Positions 1 to 12,527 of a stretch of 64,000 nt of DNA are shown one piece after another. The stretch's first letter is position 1. The number at the start of each line of letters is the position of its first letter. This DNA is from Octopus bimaculoides (lineage: Eukaryota): contig NC_068982.1 in the NCBI RefSeq assembly GCF_001194135.2, positions 115,443,428 to 115,507,427 on the forward strand, written 5' to 3'. Under the pieces are notes generated by a model that saw only the letters and a program-made list of their open reading frames with translations, had not been told where the DNA came from and did not search any database. The translations under genes and the position numbers were made by a program.

Positions 1-631
1 TTCAAGTCTATTCTGGCATGACACTTCTTATTTACGACCCACCACTGATATAGACAGACACAGCTCATATATATATCTATCCCTTACCACCTTTAAGATC
101 TCTGTATCTATATCTATTTATCGCTTTATCTTCTTCTTCTACATTTAGATTTTTCCTCACCACCCTTCACCAACCCATCTAAATAGCTTAGATGTAGCTT
201 ACTTGACTATCCAGACTTTCTCTTATTACTTCTTAGATTACCCGCCCCACCGATTTGACTCCCTTTATTTTTTATTTTATTTTAAGTTTTATTTTTATTT
301 TAAGTTTATTTTTATTTTTTTACATGAATATCTGTGTATTTCTTTTTCTTTTTCTTTTCTTTTCTGCTCAGGTTTTTATATTCCCATTTTATTTTACATT
401 GTTGTTTCGTTTTGTCATTTTATTGTATTGTTCTTAACCACCAACTTAACACTACACACTGAATCGTGGCAAGGTATGGACGGTTTTCGGAGGACCGAAG
501 AAATTATGTGTAATGGAGAATTATACGAGGTATAGTACTATACAAAATACCGAAAGGATCTTCACCTCTTATATCACACCTTTCTTCCTCCTTTAACGCC
601 GATGTGATATAATTTCCTGGGAGAGAAATAC

Positions 632-704
632 TTTTGCGGCTGAAGATAGCTTTGTATTGTAAATTATACACTGATATAAAGCTTGAAACACGTGTACCGC
701 AGAA
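632..704 (+). ncRNA. Type I hammerhead ribozyme motif, near-intact
   Basis: Stem I TTTTGCGG(632-639)/CCGCAGAA(697-704); core CTGAAGA 640-646; stem II AGCTTTGTAT/ATATAAAGCT with inner TGTA/TACA; GAAA 685-688; palindromic stem III ACACGTGT 688-695; cleavage triplet GUA (694-696). The only deviation is U.U at the base of stem II. Confidence 0.78.
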
Positions 705-802
705 TCCTTTGTATTTTTGTTGTTATTTTTTGGATTTACAATTTATTCTTTCACCTCAACCACGAGCTGGCATNNNNNNNNNNTATATATATATATATAT
801 AT

Positions 803-1075
803 GATGGGCCGCTTTCAGTTTCTCATCTATCAAATTCACTTCTAACATAGCCTTAGGCCAACCAAGGTGCCATTTTGTGGGAGTGAATTTGCAACCTTGT
901 GGTCAGGAAGAAAACTTCTTATCACTTACTCTTGTAAAGGGCTTCCTTCAGTTTCTGTCTACCAAATTCACTCCTAAGGATTTCATTAGATCAGGGCTAT
1001 TGTATTAAATATTTGCCCAATGTATCAGCAGTGAAACTGAATCCATAACAATGTGGTTGGGAATACTAGCCATGT
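803..1075 (-). mobile_element. Two tandem degenerate copies of tRNA-derived SINE family B
   Basis: GGGCTTCTTTCAGTTTC..CAAATTCACT..CAAGGT motif, shared with copies at 17474-17632 and 48505-48630. Confidence 0.6.
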
Positions 1076-2419
1076 TTATGAGTCAAGAGAAGAAAACAAA
1101 ATTCTAGTAATAATTTTTTCAAAATTTTACATTAATTTACTTGTTTAAGGAAAAATCTGATTTTACTTTACAGGCAAGGGAGCAATTACAGATTTGTTTC
1201 AGTCTCAGTAAATCTTGTCAACATAGTCTACTCAAGCCTGTTTTTGATCAGTTGACAGTTGTTTTTATATAATGCAAAAGGTTTAGGAAAATTTTTGATG
1301 TAGATGCTTCCTCATCGGTTTGAAATTGGTTTAGTTGTTTATCCACAGGTTGACATTGTTTAAGAATTTCTATAATCAAAGGTATTTCAGCTATGATCAT
1401 ACTGTCATATTTTTAAGATAGTTTACCCTGAACTATATGTAACTTGCATTTTTTAAAGATGATTGGGTGATGTTTGAGAGTGAATTGGCTGTTATTTCTA
1501 GTTAGCTGAATGACCATGTAGGAGCTACCTCATTGATACCGAAATTAGTCCAGTAGTTCAGATTCCAATGTAATTTGAACTCTTAGCTGTGGCAAAAATT
1601 GTTCAGAAGCAGGAGTGGGTCAGAGGGAGATACTTTCCTAATCTTATTTGCTATTTCAGTTTTCTTCTCTAAATACGCGAATAAAAACTGACTTTAGAGA
1701 GTAACATTGCGTAGACTGAAGTTTTAGTCCTTACGTACTGAAGTGAAAGTATGCAGGCAAGTACACACACAAACGCACAGAAGCACTGTTATACTAACAG
1801 ACATAAATATAGAAAAGCCTTCACACATCACAAACTTATGGTGTATTAAGTCTAGGGAAAAATGCCAAGTTTAGTTAAATTCCAGTTTCTACCCCAGATT
1901 AATTCCTTAAGAAAACAAGTACATAACTCCATGCATTTGTGTGTACAAGTGTCAGTGTGTAGGTGTATGCATATGCATACACGCATACAAGTAATTATTT
2001 TAACTTTCAGTCTGGATGATTCATCTTTAACATTGCCTTATTTTCCTTTCTCCTCCTCTATCATCATGTCTTGTATTTCCTCACCAACTCCATGCACACA
2101 CATACACATACAACAATCTTACACAACCACCATCAGCCCTTGCACACACACAACCATCAGCATCATTGTCATCAGTACCCCACCACCACCACCACCATCA
2201 TCATCAAGAAGAAATTAAAGATACGTAGACAGGAAAGACATCTGCTCCATCAGGAATCACCATCTGGCTGAGTAGGACAACCAGGTGTCTAGCTCACCAT
2301 GTGGTTGAGCTAGACACTCTCATAGTCAATCAGGTATTGTAGAAAGGTGCCAATAGCAAATGGTTGGCATAGCATCATCATCAACTGCTACAAAGAGACT
2401 GAGAGAAATAATTGCAGAG

Positions 2420-3790
2420 GTGTTAAATTGTTGGACCCTTTTATGACAGTTACAGAAAGAGTTGACAAGCTCAATTGATCGGGAAGAAAATCAACCAAAA
2501 TGAAATACACTTTGGCTTCATGCCTTGGAGAAATATGAGGGTGGGTTGTAAAGTTCATAGGCTGACTATAAAGGTGCGATGGTAAAGCTGTGTAATCGTG
2601 CATGCATTAATTTAAACTCATCTTATTAATAACTGCATTTTCTTTCCAGGTAAATTGACACCTGATCGTTCAAAGAAGTCTTCAAAAGTAGCAACTTCTC
2701 TTGTAAATGGACAAAATTTAGCATTGTTGTGTTATCAAGTACCTGCAGAAAAGGGGTTTAGCCCCCAAGGACATTCATACTGACATTGTTGCTACATTAG
2801 GGGATGATGCTCCAGCTTTAGAAGTTTAAGGCTGACTGTCCTTAGAAACTCCTATATGCTGATGACCTAGTTTTTATAACTGAATCTATAAAGGAATTAG
2901 AGAAGAAATTCCAGGAATGGAAGCTAAACCTGGAAGTGAGAAGCCTTAAGATGAACCTAGAAAAGGTGGTTTCAGTAAGTAGGAAAGATGGCAGGACCTT
3001 GGTACTTTAATGGAAATGGCTTTATTCAATATGCAGAAGTAGATATTAACTCCATATGCTGTACTTAATGTAAGCAGTGGACACACAAGAGATGTAGCAG
3101 AATCCCTGGCAGACTATCCAAAAATGTAGGCTTTATATGTGGTAGATATACTGGAGCAGTTTGTACTAGCACACTGGAAGTTGAGTCTCTTAAATACCTA
3201 GGTAGCTCACTACAAGTAATTGATAGCTTTTGTTACTTGGGAGGTATAATTAGCAAGTGAAATGGCTGCTCTAAAAGCAGAGTAGCCAGAGTAAGAATGG
3301 ATTGGAAAAAGTTCAGGAAGTTGCTACTGCTGCTGGCAACAAAGATCTTTTCCCTCAGAGTGAAAGCCAGATTATATGGTGCTTGTGTTAGAAATGCAAT
3401 GCTGCATGGTATTGAGGCATGGGCCTTAAATACAGAGGACATGAAAAGACTAGAAAGAAATGGAGCTAGCATGCTCTGTTGGATGTGCAATGTAAGTGTG
3501 CATGAATGTCATAGTATAAATGTGCTGAAAGAAAGACTGGGCAAAAGAGTAATCAGATGTAGTGTGCAAGAAAGAAGACTGTGTTTGTATGGACATGTGA
3601 TGCATATGGATGAGGACAGCTGTATATAGAAATACCAGTCACTAAACAGAGCTGGAGGCTGCGGATGAGGAAGACCCAGGAAAACACAGGATTAAATGGT
3701 GAAAGTTGACCTTAGGACCCTGAGTCTGACTGAGGAAATGACAAAGAACCAGGATATCTGGCAATACAAGGTTCTTATGAAACTGACTTC
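2420..3790 (+). mobile_element. RTE-clade LINE relic (RT and C-terminus), interrupted
   Basis: Translates to NEIHFGFMP, KLLYADDL, FCYLGGII and LRVKARLYGACVRNAMLHGIEAW, with stops and frameshifts. Collinear with the copies at 7850-11240 and 24559-26335. Confidence 0.8.
2535..2821 (+). mobile_element. mariner 5' fragment (TIR, leader, transposase N-terminus)
   Basis: TA followed by TGAGGGTGGGTTGTAAAGTTCATAGGCT (TIR-like). ATG at about 2707 gives MDKI*HCCVIKYLQKRGLAPKDIHTDIVATLGDDAPAL, a typical mariner HTH N-terminus. Confidence 0.7.
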
Positions 3791-4168
3791 ATGGGGATAT
3801 ATTGTATATATATATATATATATGGGAGGGGGCACCCCAATCAATATCCCCTTCATGTTGCCCTCCTCCTCCATACCATGTCATCTGTTGTAGCTTCCCC
3901 ACCACCATCCTATACTACTTTTCTCCCTTGCTACCCAGAACTGGCTCGCTTGTTAGCCATTCTTTATCCATTAATATTGTTCTCTACACCCACATGTTAC
4001 AGTCACCTTGCCCCTCCCAAGACCATCAAATTATCTTTTCTCTTGCATTACACCTGTTTTATCTCTCTACTTTACTCCTGCAGCCTATCCAAACATGTCA
4101 TCTCTCTCTGTGTATTTTCCTCCTGTCAACAATATCATTACTACCATACTGCAAGTATCCCTATAGCC

Positions 4169-4452
4169 AAGTGGTTCCCAAAGTGAGTGGTACTGTCCAC
4201 CTGGTGGTGGTTGAAAGATCCAAGGTGGTGTTGAAGAAAAGTGGGGCAATAATGGAGTGGCCAAAGGGAGCAATGGATGAAAAACAACAAAATAATGGGT
4301 TAATTAGATTAAGTTTTATTTGTGAAATATTGTTGCTTTGAATTTATTGTGGAAAGTGGTCTATGTTTGTGGTGTTGCATGAGGTGGGGGAAGCAAGGAA
4401 CGTGGCCTGGGTGCCAAGGGGGCTGCAGCCTGAAAAAGTTTGGGAACCACTG
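4169..4452. mobile_element. hAT (Charlie-like) MITE
   Basis: TIRs AAGTGGTTCCCAAA / TTTGGGAACCACTG; 8-bp TSD CTATAGCC (4161-4168) / CTGTAGCC (4453-4460), 7 of 8 match. Confidence 0.8.
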
Positions 4453-4735
4453 CTGTAGCCTCTGCAACTCATATACTCCTGCCTTCAATCCTTANNNNNN
4501 NNNNNNNNNNNNNNNNNNNNNNNNNNNNNNNNNNNNNNNNNNNNNNNNNNNNNNNNNNNNNNNNNNNNNNNNNNNNNNNNNNNNNNNNNNNNNNNNNNNN
4601 NNNNNNNNNNNNNNNNNNNNNNNNNNNNNNNNNNNNNNNNNNNNNNNNNNNNNNNNNNNNNNNNNNNNNNNNNNNNNNNNNNNNNNNNNNNNNNNNNNNN
4701 NNNNNNNNNNNNNNNNNNNNNNNNNNNNNNNNNNN

Positions 4736-4940
4736 GGAAAGTTCTTGGTTTTAAGGGTATTGCAAAAGGCCTGGTTGGAGGCCCAACCTTCCCAGTTCTT
4801 TTACAGGGCTTTGAAAAACTGAAGGACCGCTTCAATAAGTGTGTGAATCTAAGAGAGGAAAATGTTGAATAAAATCATAATTAACTGATCCTCCTGTATT
4901 TTCTTTTACTGAAAGCCAGGAATTTTTCAGTACCTTCTCA
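4736..4940 (+). mobile_element. mariner-derived MITE (left end runs into a gap)
   Basis: Same family as 60347-60563; carries transposase 3' end QGFEKLKDRFNKCVNL...VE*; right TIR AAAGCCAGGAATTTTTCAGTACCTTCTCA then TA. Confidence 0.75.
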
Positions 4941-5039
4941 TAAATGTGAATAACCATGTAGTCCTCAACTAGTACCTGCTCTATTCCAGCCTCTTCCCTC
5001 ATACCTTAATTCCCATCTAGTATACAGAGGCAACATCTT

Positions 5040-6200
5040 TCCTGACTTGTCAACTTGTGAATTCTGTTAATGGTATTGCTGGAGTCACCTCCCAAAAGTT
5101 TTAAAATACCATCAAAATAATGTAGAAGCTGTGTTAAATAACCTCTGAAACACTGAAAACCATGATAGCTGGAATTTAAGAGACCATTGTTCTCTAGAAA
5201 GCCAGGTCACCATCTTATCACAGTTTCAAATACTTTAATGATATGAGAGGTGTGATCAGTTGGCAGTAACTGCAAATAACATATTTCCTCTTTTAAAAAC
5301 TGGGATAAGTGATTGGGATACAAAAAATTTAGGCATACAGTATGTGTCCTGTGATTTTCGCCTGAGATTAGCTACAGAAAACACAAGTTGGTATTGGCAT
5401 TTCTTCAGAACATCCACGAGAATTTTATTGAGGTTTACTGTAGAGTAATGTTTAATTTTATTTATTATTGTGATGATGACTGATTTGTTGAAAATTTTGT
5501 CAGAGACAATATATTAGGGATTGACTCAATTTATACTGTCTAAGTCAATGTCAGAAGGACCACAGAAGACAGCAGTATTGTTTCTGTAGAATGTCTGACA
5601 TTTCTTAGGCATTATTGTAGAGAACACTCATAAATCTGTAAACCAATGAATATTTATGGTCCATTATGTTTGTCAAATGAGAACACTTTAGGGTTATGTC
5701 TGATTTTCTTAATGGCCCAGTTCTTCTCAGCATCACTTTATAATTTTTGGCTATTTCGAAATATTTTTTCTATTCAAGCATCATTATCGTTGTTGACTGT
5801 GGATACTGCTGCTGGTAGAAGTTCAGTTGATAAATTGTATATGTAATCTTATAATTTTTCAGATGAAGGTCTTTTTTTCTCTCTTGGGAACATACTCCTG
5901 CTTTTGTTCATGAATGTGGTTAGGGTGTGGCTTGAACATATACTAGTAACTATATCCTCAGTTTTGCCAAGTCTCTTTGATGTCAGAAAAAGTGTCTATG
6001 AAAGATCAATTAACAAGAAATCGGTCATGTTTGCTCCTCAGTTTGCTTTGGGTAGGTCTGTATTGTCAAATGGGTGTGTAGGAAGTGTATGTGTTTGGTT
6101 GGCTTTTGTAATGTTGAAAACTAGGATTACAGAGTATCATATCATGGAGTGAGAGAAGAATTTTCTTAATTGAGTTGTAATGGATTTTGATAGATCAATT
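5040..6200 (-). mobile_element. CR1/Jockey-group LINE relic (linker and RT N-part)
   Basis: Minus-strand peptides WAIKKIRHNPKVF, EMSDILQKQY, LIPVFKRG, HTSHIIKVFETV and LLNSSYHGF..GYLTQLLHYFDGIL, with many stops. Confidence 0.65.
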
Positions 6201-6267
6201 GGTTAATACAAAGTTCAAAACACTTTTGCACTCCAAGTAGCTTTTCTCACAATAAAATATCAAATGC

Positions 6268-6456
6268 CTTTAACATCACTGGCATGGGTTGGACGGTTTG
6301 ACTGAGGGCTGGGAAGCCAGAAGGCTGCACCAGGCTCCAATCTGATCTGGCAAAGTTTCTACAGCTGGATGTCCTTCCTAATGCCAACCATTCCAAGAGT
6401 GTAGTGGGCGCTTTTTATGTGCCACCAGCATGAGGGCCAGTCAGGCGGTACTGGCT
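6268..6456 (-). mobile_element. 5'-truncated RTE 3' end (terminal module)
   Basis: Reverse complement of the GGAAGGGCATCCAGCTGTAGAAAC..CAGATTGGAGCC..CCCATGCCAG module. Confidence 0.75.
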
Positions 6457-7186
6457 AGGACAGATATGCTTTGCAAGAAGGGCTTGATGTGTATGGAGGT
6501 TAACAGCTATGTAAAAAAAAGTGCTGTGTGCTCAAAGTGAATGGAACCTGTGGAAGAGTGAGACTGAAGAAGACTTGGAACTAAGTGGTGAAAATGATTC
6601 TAAAATGTTGTATTTCACAATAAGAACACAGGGTTATGAAGAGTGGAGACATGCAGTACTGGGGGAGACCTGCTCATTCATGCAAGCATGGAAAAACATT
6701 CATAAAAATGTGAGTAGTAAATTCAAGCTGGGATATATAATATATCCACAACAACCTTTTGCCTGTTTTGTTCCTGCTCTCCATCTCTTTGCTGTTTCTC
6801 TTGCTTATTTAATACTCGCATATCCCTCTATCATCTCCTCTTCCCTAATTACTGTAATATTTCATCCACTACACTCTTACTGTTGACCATTTCAACAACT
6901 ATTCAACACTCTTCCCATCAAATATGTAGCTGCCACTAGTGTTTCTCTCCCATATTAATGCTTGAGTAATGTGGGATTGCTTTGGATTGACTGGTATCCA
7001 ATGTACCCTGCCATTTGCCCTCCTGTGCTACCTCTCTCTCAGTTCAGTTTTTATATTGACAACCATCACTATTCCTATGGACATTGTGACTATCCATCAT
7101 TTGTGCTTTCTCAACTCCTTCCAAGGTCAATGAATGAAAATTAGATAGTGAAATAACTATTTTTGCTCCACAGTCAAACACATACA

Positions 7187-7425
7187 TTCTTTTTTCTTCT
7201 TTATTGCCCACAAGGGGCTAAATATAGAGGGGACAAACAAGGACAGTCAAAGAGATTAAGTCGATTACATCGACCCCAGTGAGCAACTGGTACTTAATTT
7301 ATCGACCCCGAAAGGATGAAAGGCAAAGTCGCCCTTGGCGGAATTTGAACTCAGAACGTAGCGGCAGACGAAATACCACTAAGCATTTCGCCCGGCGTGC
7401 TAACGATTCTGCCAGCTCGCTGCCT
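7187..7425 (-). mobile_element. tRNA-derived SINE family A, young full-length copy
   Basis: Minus strand: A box TGGCAGAATCGTTAG, B box GAGTTCAAATTCC, central GCCTTTCATCCTTTCGGGGTCGATAAATTAAGTACCAG, A-rich tail; CpGs retained. Confidence 0.8.
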
Positions 7426-7849
7426 GTTGTACTGTATCTATTTGGCTTATACTGCTCAAAATGATAATGTGTACATATGAAATGCATTTATACCATTATT
7501 ATACTGAGGTAAATTTGGTTATTTTAATTGCACTACATAATTATTCGACAGTGTTATCATATAACAATGACAAAACCAACATATTAACTCTTGATTTCAA
7601 TTCAGATTCTAATAGAATGCACATAAAAAACCTGCACAATAAAAATTTGCAGTTTATTTTTTAATGTACTATTCTTCAAGTGCATATTAAAGTGATTACT
7701 ACTGATTAAGAAGGAACTTCTTCATAAGGTACAAATACCTCTAAATTATAAGGAGAAAGGATTATTGAGACAGTAATATCTTTTCAAATAACATGATGGT
7801 CTTTGTGGAACGAAATAACTTTAATTGGAAACAAACTACTTTCTTTGGT

Positions 7850-10800
7850 TTGGTGGCACGCCACCATCAATGTTGGTACAATGAAAAGAAGGACTGGTGA
7901 GATTATTGAAATGCTGGAGCAATAGCATGTAGATGTGTGTGGTGTACAAGAAGATAGAGAGGAGGCTCCACTAGATTCCTCATGGGTAAGAAACAGAAGT
8001 TCAAATTCTTCTGGGTAGGCAGGAGTGATGGGGTGGGTGGTGTAGGCATACCTTTGGTGGAAAGATGAGTAGATAAGGTGATTAAGATAGTCAGAGTATG
8101 TGATAGGGTAGTTAAGCTGAGACTAATCTTAGATAAATTAACAGTTACATTTATCTTGGCCTATGCTCTGCAGTCTGGGCTGGCTGACGACCAGAAGGAC
8201 CAATTTTACAAGGCCCTTTTGTAGACTACTTCAACAACAAATGACGGAAACTTGGTTATTGTGACTGGTGACTTCAATGGACATGTTGGGCAGCACTCCC
8301 ATAGATTTCATGGTGTGCATAGAGGTTAAGGCTTTGGCTCTAGGAATGAGGATGGAACAAGGCTGCTGGAGTTCTGTAATGCAAATCATCTCATATATCT
8401 GCAACACTAACTTCAGATAATTAGCCAGCCACCTGATCACCTATCGGTCTGCTGGGCACATACACCTGAGTGATTACATCCTCACTAGGCAACAAAATAG
8501 AGAGATGCTTACAAATGCAAAGTTTTTCCCAGGGGAAGAATGTACAACCCAACATAGGTTACTAGTTAGTGACTTCAAAATTAGAGCTAGAAGGACTCGG
8601 AGAAATAAACCAGTTTGGAAAAGGTTGTGAAAGCTCAAAAACCCAGCAAAATGACAGAAATTTAGAGATATTCTAATGGAAGCTTATGATGAGAAGGAGG
8701 AGGAGTTGGGGACATACAGCTTAGAGGATAACTGAAAGTTCCTGTGGGACAACCTACTGAGAACCAAAGACTGAATCTATGGCTGGGACTTTGTACCATC
8801 CAGGCTGAGGGTAACATGGTGGTGGAACAAGGAGGTTAGACAGACTATAAAAACAAAGAGACAAGCCTGGAAAGACTGGAAAATGGTAGAAGCAGAGAAT
8901 TATACAAGGTAACCAGAAGGGACGCTAGGTGACAGGTTTACATAGCAAAAAGAATAAGATATGGCCTAGTCACTCATATAGTTAACCAGGTTATCCGGGA
9001 AGCATCATCCCCAATGACTGATGTAGGAGTATTGAAGTTAGCTACTACAAGGGTATGGGTAATGCCTCAGAAACCAAATGATGAAAATTACAGAGAGATT
9101 TATAGCTCAATTAATTAGGAATAGAATTAAACTAAATGAGATGCAGTTGGTTTTGTGCCTGGGAAGAGTACCACAAATGCCATCTTCCTAGTGAGATAGC
9201 TGTAGTAAAAGTATATGGTCAAAAGTAAACCACTGTATTTGGCTTTTGTCAACTGTAAGAAAGCTTTTGAGAGAGTCCCTCGCTGTTATCTGGTGGCCTC
9301 TAAGGAAATTAAGGTTATATGAGTGGCTTGTTAGAGCTGTACAAGCTATGTACAGCAGTGCTGTTAGTAGGGTGAAAGTCAACCAGGAAGTGATGAATTT
9401 GGTATACATGCAGAGGTTCGCCAGTGCTCAGTTGTCTGTTATTCATCATAGTCCTCCAGGTCATAGCAGAGGAATTTAAAACTGGTTGCCAGTGGAAACT
9501 ACTATATGCTAATGACCTCGCTCTTATTGCCGAGTCTGTAGCAGAATTGAAGAAATTCCAGATATGGAAGCAAAACCTGGGATCAAAGGGCCTTAAAATT
9601 AATCTAATGAAGACCAAAGTTGTTGTCAGCAAGAAAGTGGATAAGATTCTTTTTCTGCAAGGTAAATAATGGCCCTGCTCAAAATGTAGGAAAGGTATTA
9701 GGAGGAATTACATTCACTGCACCCAGTGCAAGCTGTGTATACATAAGAGGTGAAGTGGAATCACAGGTAAGTTAACAGAGAAAGCTGTCTTTGTATTTAG
9801 CAGATGTGCAGGAATGATAACCACTAAGGACACACCAGAATGAGACTCTCTCAAATGTCCAGGAAGCTCTCTTGAAGTTGTAGATAGTTTCTGTTACCTA
9901 GGTGACCAATTAGCAGTGGTGGAGGATGTTCTATAGAATAGGATGGAGGAAGTTCAGAGAGCTACTACGTCTGTTGGCAATAAAAGGACTCACTCTCAGT
10001 GTGAAAGGCAGATTATATGATGCTTGTATATGAATGACTATATTCCATGGTAGTAAAACCTGGTCTCTGAATGCAGAAGATGTGTAAACTAGAGACAAAT
10101 GAAGCTAGTATGCTACGATGGATATGCAACATCAGTGTGCATGAGCAACAAAGTATAAATGGGCTGAGAGAAAAAGTTGGGCATAAGAAGAATCAGATGT
10201 AGTGTGCAAGAGAGAAGACCATGCTGGTTTGGACACGTGAGGCACATGAATGATGACAGCTGATAAAGAAATGTTGATTGCTTAAAGTAGAAAGCAACTG
10301 TAGAAGAGAGAAACCCGGGGGGGCACATGAGATGAAATAGTAAGGACTGATCTAAGGGTGTTGGGCCTCACAGAAATGACAATGGACCAAGATGTCTGGC
10401 AGTATGAGGTTCTTGAGAAGACCCGCCTGCCTCAATGAAAGTGAGTTCTAGAAGTGATGTGTTCTACCCACATGTAACACTAAACTTTTTCATCCCCTAC
10501 CCCAATAAACAAAACATCTCCCCTCCTCCTCCTCACATTTCCTCTTTTTCAAGCACTATACTTATCTCTCCCTCTCCACTTGTCCTTACTGCCCTACCCA
10601 CTGTATTATTGCTGTCCTATTATCTCCCTTCTATATACCCAGGCTTCACCAGTCACTGCATTCTCATTTCACCTTCTCTACATTCATATGAACTCCCAAC
10701 TCATGCACCATTAGCAATGCTCTACCATCCAATTTATATTCTTGTCCCTGTACCATGAGAGTATGCCCTAGTATATTGTCACCATCTCTCTTATTCTCCC

Positions 10801-11240
10801 TCACTCTCTCCCACCACCTGTGGTAATCACGTATCTCCTCTGCAGCATGACACTTGTCATACTCTAATCTCTCATCATCTGGCACAAGGCCATTTCCACT
10901 AGTACTCCCCACCTCTCAAACAATCTTTATCTTGCAAGTTATTTGGTGACTTCTCTGGTGCTAGTGCCATGTAAAAAGTACTCAGTCAACATTGTAAATT
11001 GGTTGGCATTAGGGAGGGTATCTGGCCATAAAAACCATGCCAAAACGGACCTTGCCAGAGCTGGTACCACATGAAAAGCATCCAGTCACTCTGTAAAGTG
11101 GCTGGTAATTAGAAGGGCATCCAGCTGTAAAAACATGCCAAAACAAACAGTGCAGCTTGTTGCATTCCCCTGGCTTGCCAGTTCCTGCTGATCCATATAA
11201 CCCATGCCAGCATAGAAAATAGATGTTAAATGATGATGAC
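7850..11240 (+). mobile_element. Near-full-length decayed RTE LINE (APE and RT) with CT-rich 3' UTR
   Basis: ATINVGTMKRRTGEIIEML (APE N-terminus), VTGDFNGHVG, KAFERVP, WKLLYANDL; internal deletion near 8950; 3' UTR ends in the shared terminal module and GATGATGA. Confidence 0.85.
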
Positions 11241-12161
11241 CACAGACTACTTACAGCATATCTTTATTATTAATATTTTGCTTATTTATTTATTTATTAA
11301 AGAAAAAAAATATATGTAATTACAATTTCTTGCACTTGCCAACTCCAGATATAAATGAACTGATATGACTAGAACTATTTGTTGCCCCCAACCACCTTGA
11401 AGATGTAAGGCTAAGCTGATCACAGCAAAATTAGAATGTAGAGAAATGAAACTAATTATGGCAATATATTAACTGACTCATAATGCAGCAATCACTCAAA
11501 CAATTTACTTTTCCAATATTTTACAATTCTTTTACACAACCTCACAAACAAAACTGGTGTTATCTCCTTGACTAGGGTCTTTTACTTGATAAAACTGATT
11601 TATAATTTTTTTATTTTGAAAAGAAGGATAAATTAGGTAATTTTGCAGAAAAATAGACTTTATTTAATTGCATAAAAATCCAACTTTCATATAGCATTTA
11701 TATACAGAGAAAAAATAAAGATTAAAAAAAATATATACAAAGAAAAGAGAAAATAAAAGTCACTCTAAGATGTCCAGGAAGTCTTAGTGGAATTGTGGTA
11801 GTGATATCAGGTATATTAAGTTTTATGCAAGTAAAGATGTATAGTGTCCAACAAAAAAAAAAAAGCATGGTTAGCAAGATTTGCTCGTGGCTAATTTCAA
11901 GCACTTCAATATAATCTAGGCAGTCTCTTGAAACAAATATAGCCAAAAAACAAGTGAGTTTATGAAAGATTTGTGGAGCTTATCTCCATTTTCTTTCAAC
12001 AACAGGTGTGTTGTTAAAAAGTTCACTTTACCACCATGGTCAATCCCACTCTGTAGCATCTGCACACGTGTCTTTTACCATAAGTTGTCAACAATTTGTT
12101 GTTGAAATTTAGTAGACAGAATCTGAACACATATGTATCTGTGTGTGTGTGTGTGTGTGTG

Positions 12162-12527
12162 TATTACAACAAAACTTTATCAAGAGTTACCCAAGGTTTT
12201 GCAATCACAAAGTCCGAGCCTTGTGGACAGTTCGTCGGAATATGAAAGGACGTTAATGAGAACGGGTTATTTCCCCTTAATCAGAAGGAAAAAAAAACCC
12301 AACTTTTATAGACTTGGAGAGGCCTAATGAGCAAATGGGGAGATCCAATTTTCTAGTAAGTAGCGCTTGAAGTGAAAACTTTAAAAAAAACACTTCTTTA
12401 TAACTGTCTAATGTGCCAGGCTTCTTATAGTCCTTAAGAATTTTGGTTCTCTCTATGATGCAGATCTTGCAAAAGCCACTTTAATATACGGGCCTGGATA
12501 ATCAATTAATTTCCACCTGATATCACA
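12162..12527 (-). repeat. PLE 3' pseudo-LTR
   Basis: Collinear with 14897-15310 (roughly 80% identical by eye, one internal deletion); overlaps the endonuclease C-terminus. Confidence 0.85.
12181..12243 (-). ncRNA. Hammerhead relic in the 3' pseudo-LTR
   Basis: Core CCGACGA (12238-12232); stem II CACAAGG/CTTTGTG; AAAA in place of GAAA; stem III ACC-TTG-GGT; GUA triplet; stem I 5' arm shortened by deletion. Confidence 0.5.

Noticed and set aside
2630-2785. Strong acceptor at 2649 with an open frame GKLTPDRSKK...
   Set aside because: It lies in the mariner leader, and the overlapping frame is the transposase N-terminus.
7340-7425. tRNA-like A and B boxes
   Set aside because: SINE head continuing into a SINE body and tail; no complete cloverleaf.
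11954-12005. 52-nt GT-AG intron-like segment on the plus strand
   Set aside because: No open frame of convincing length or homology on either side.
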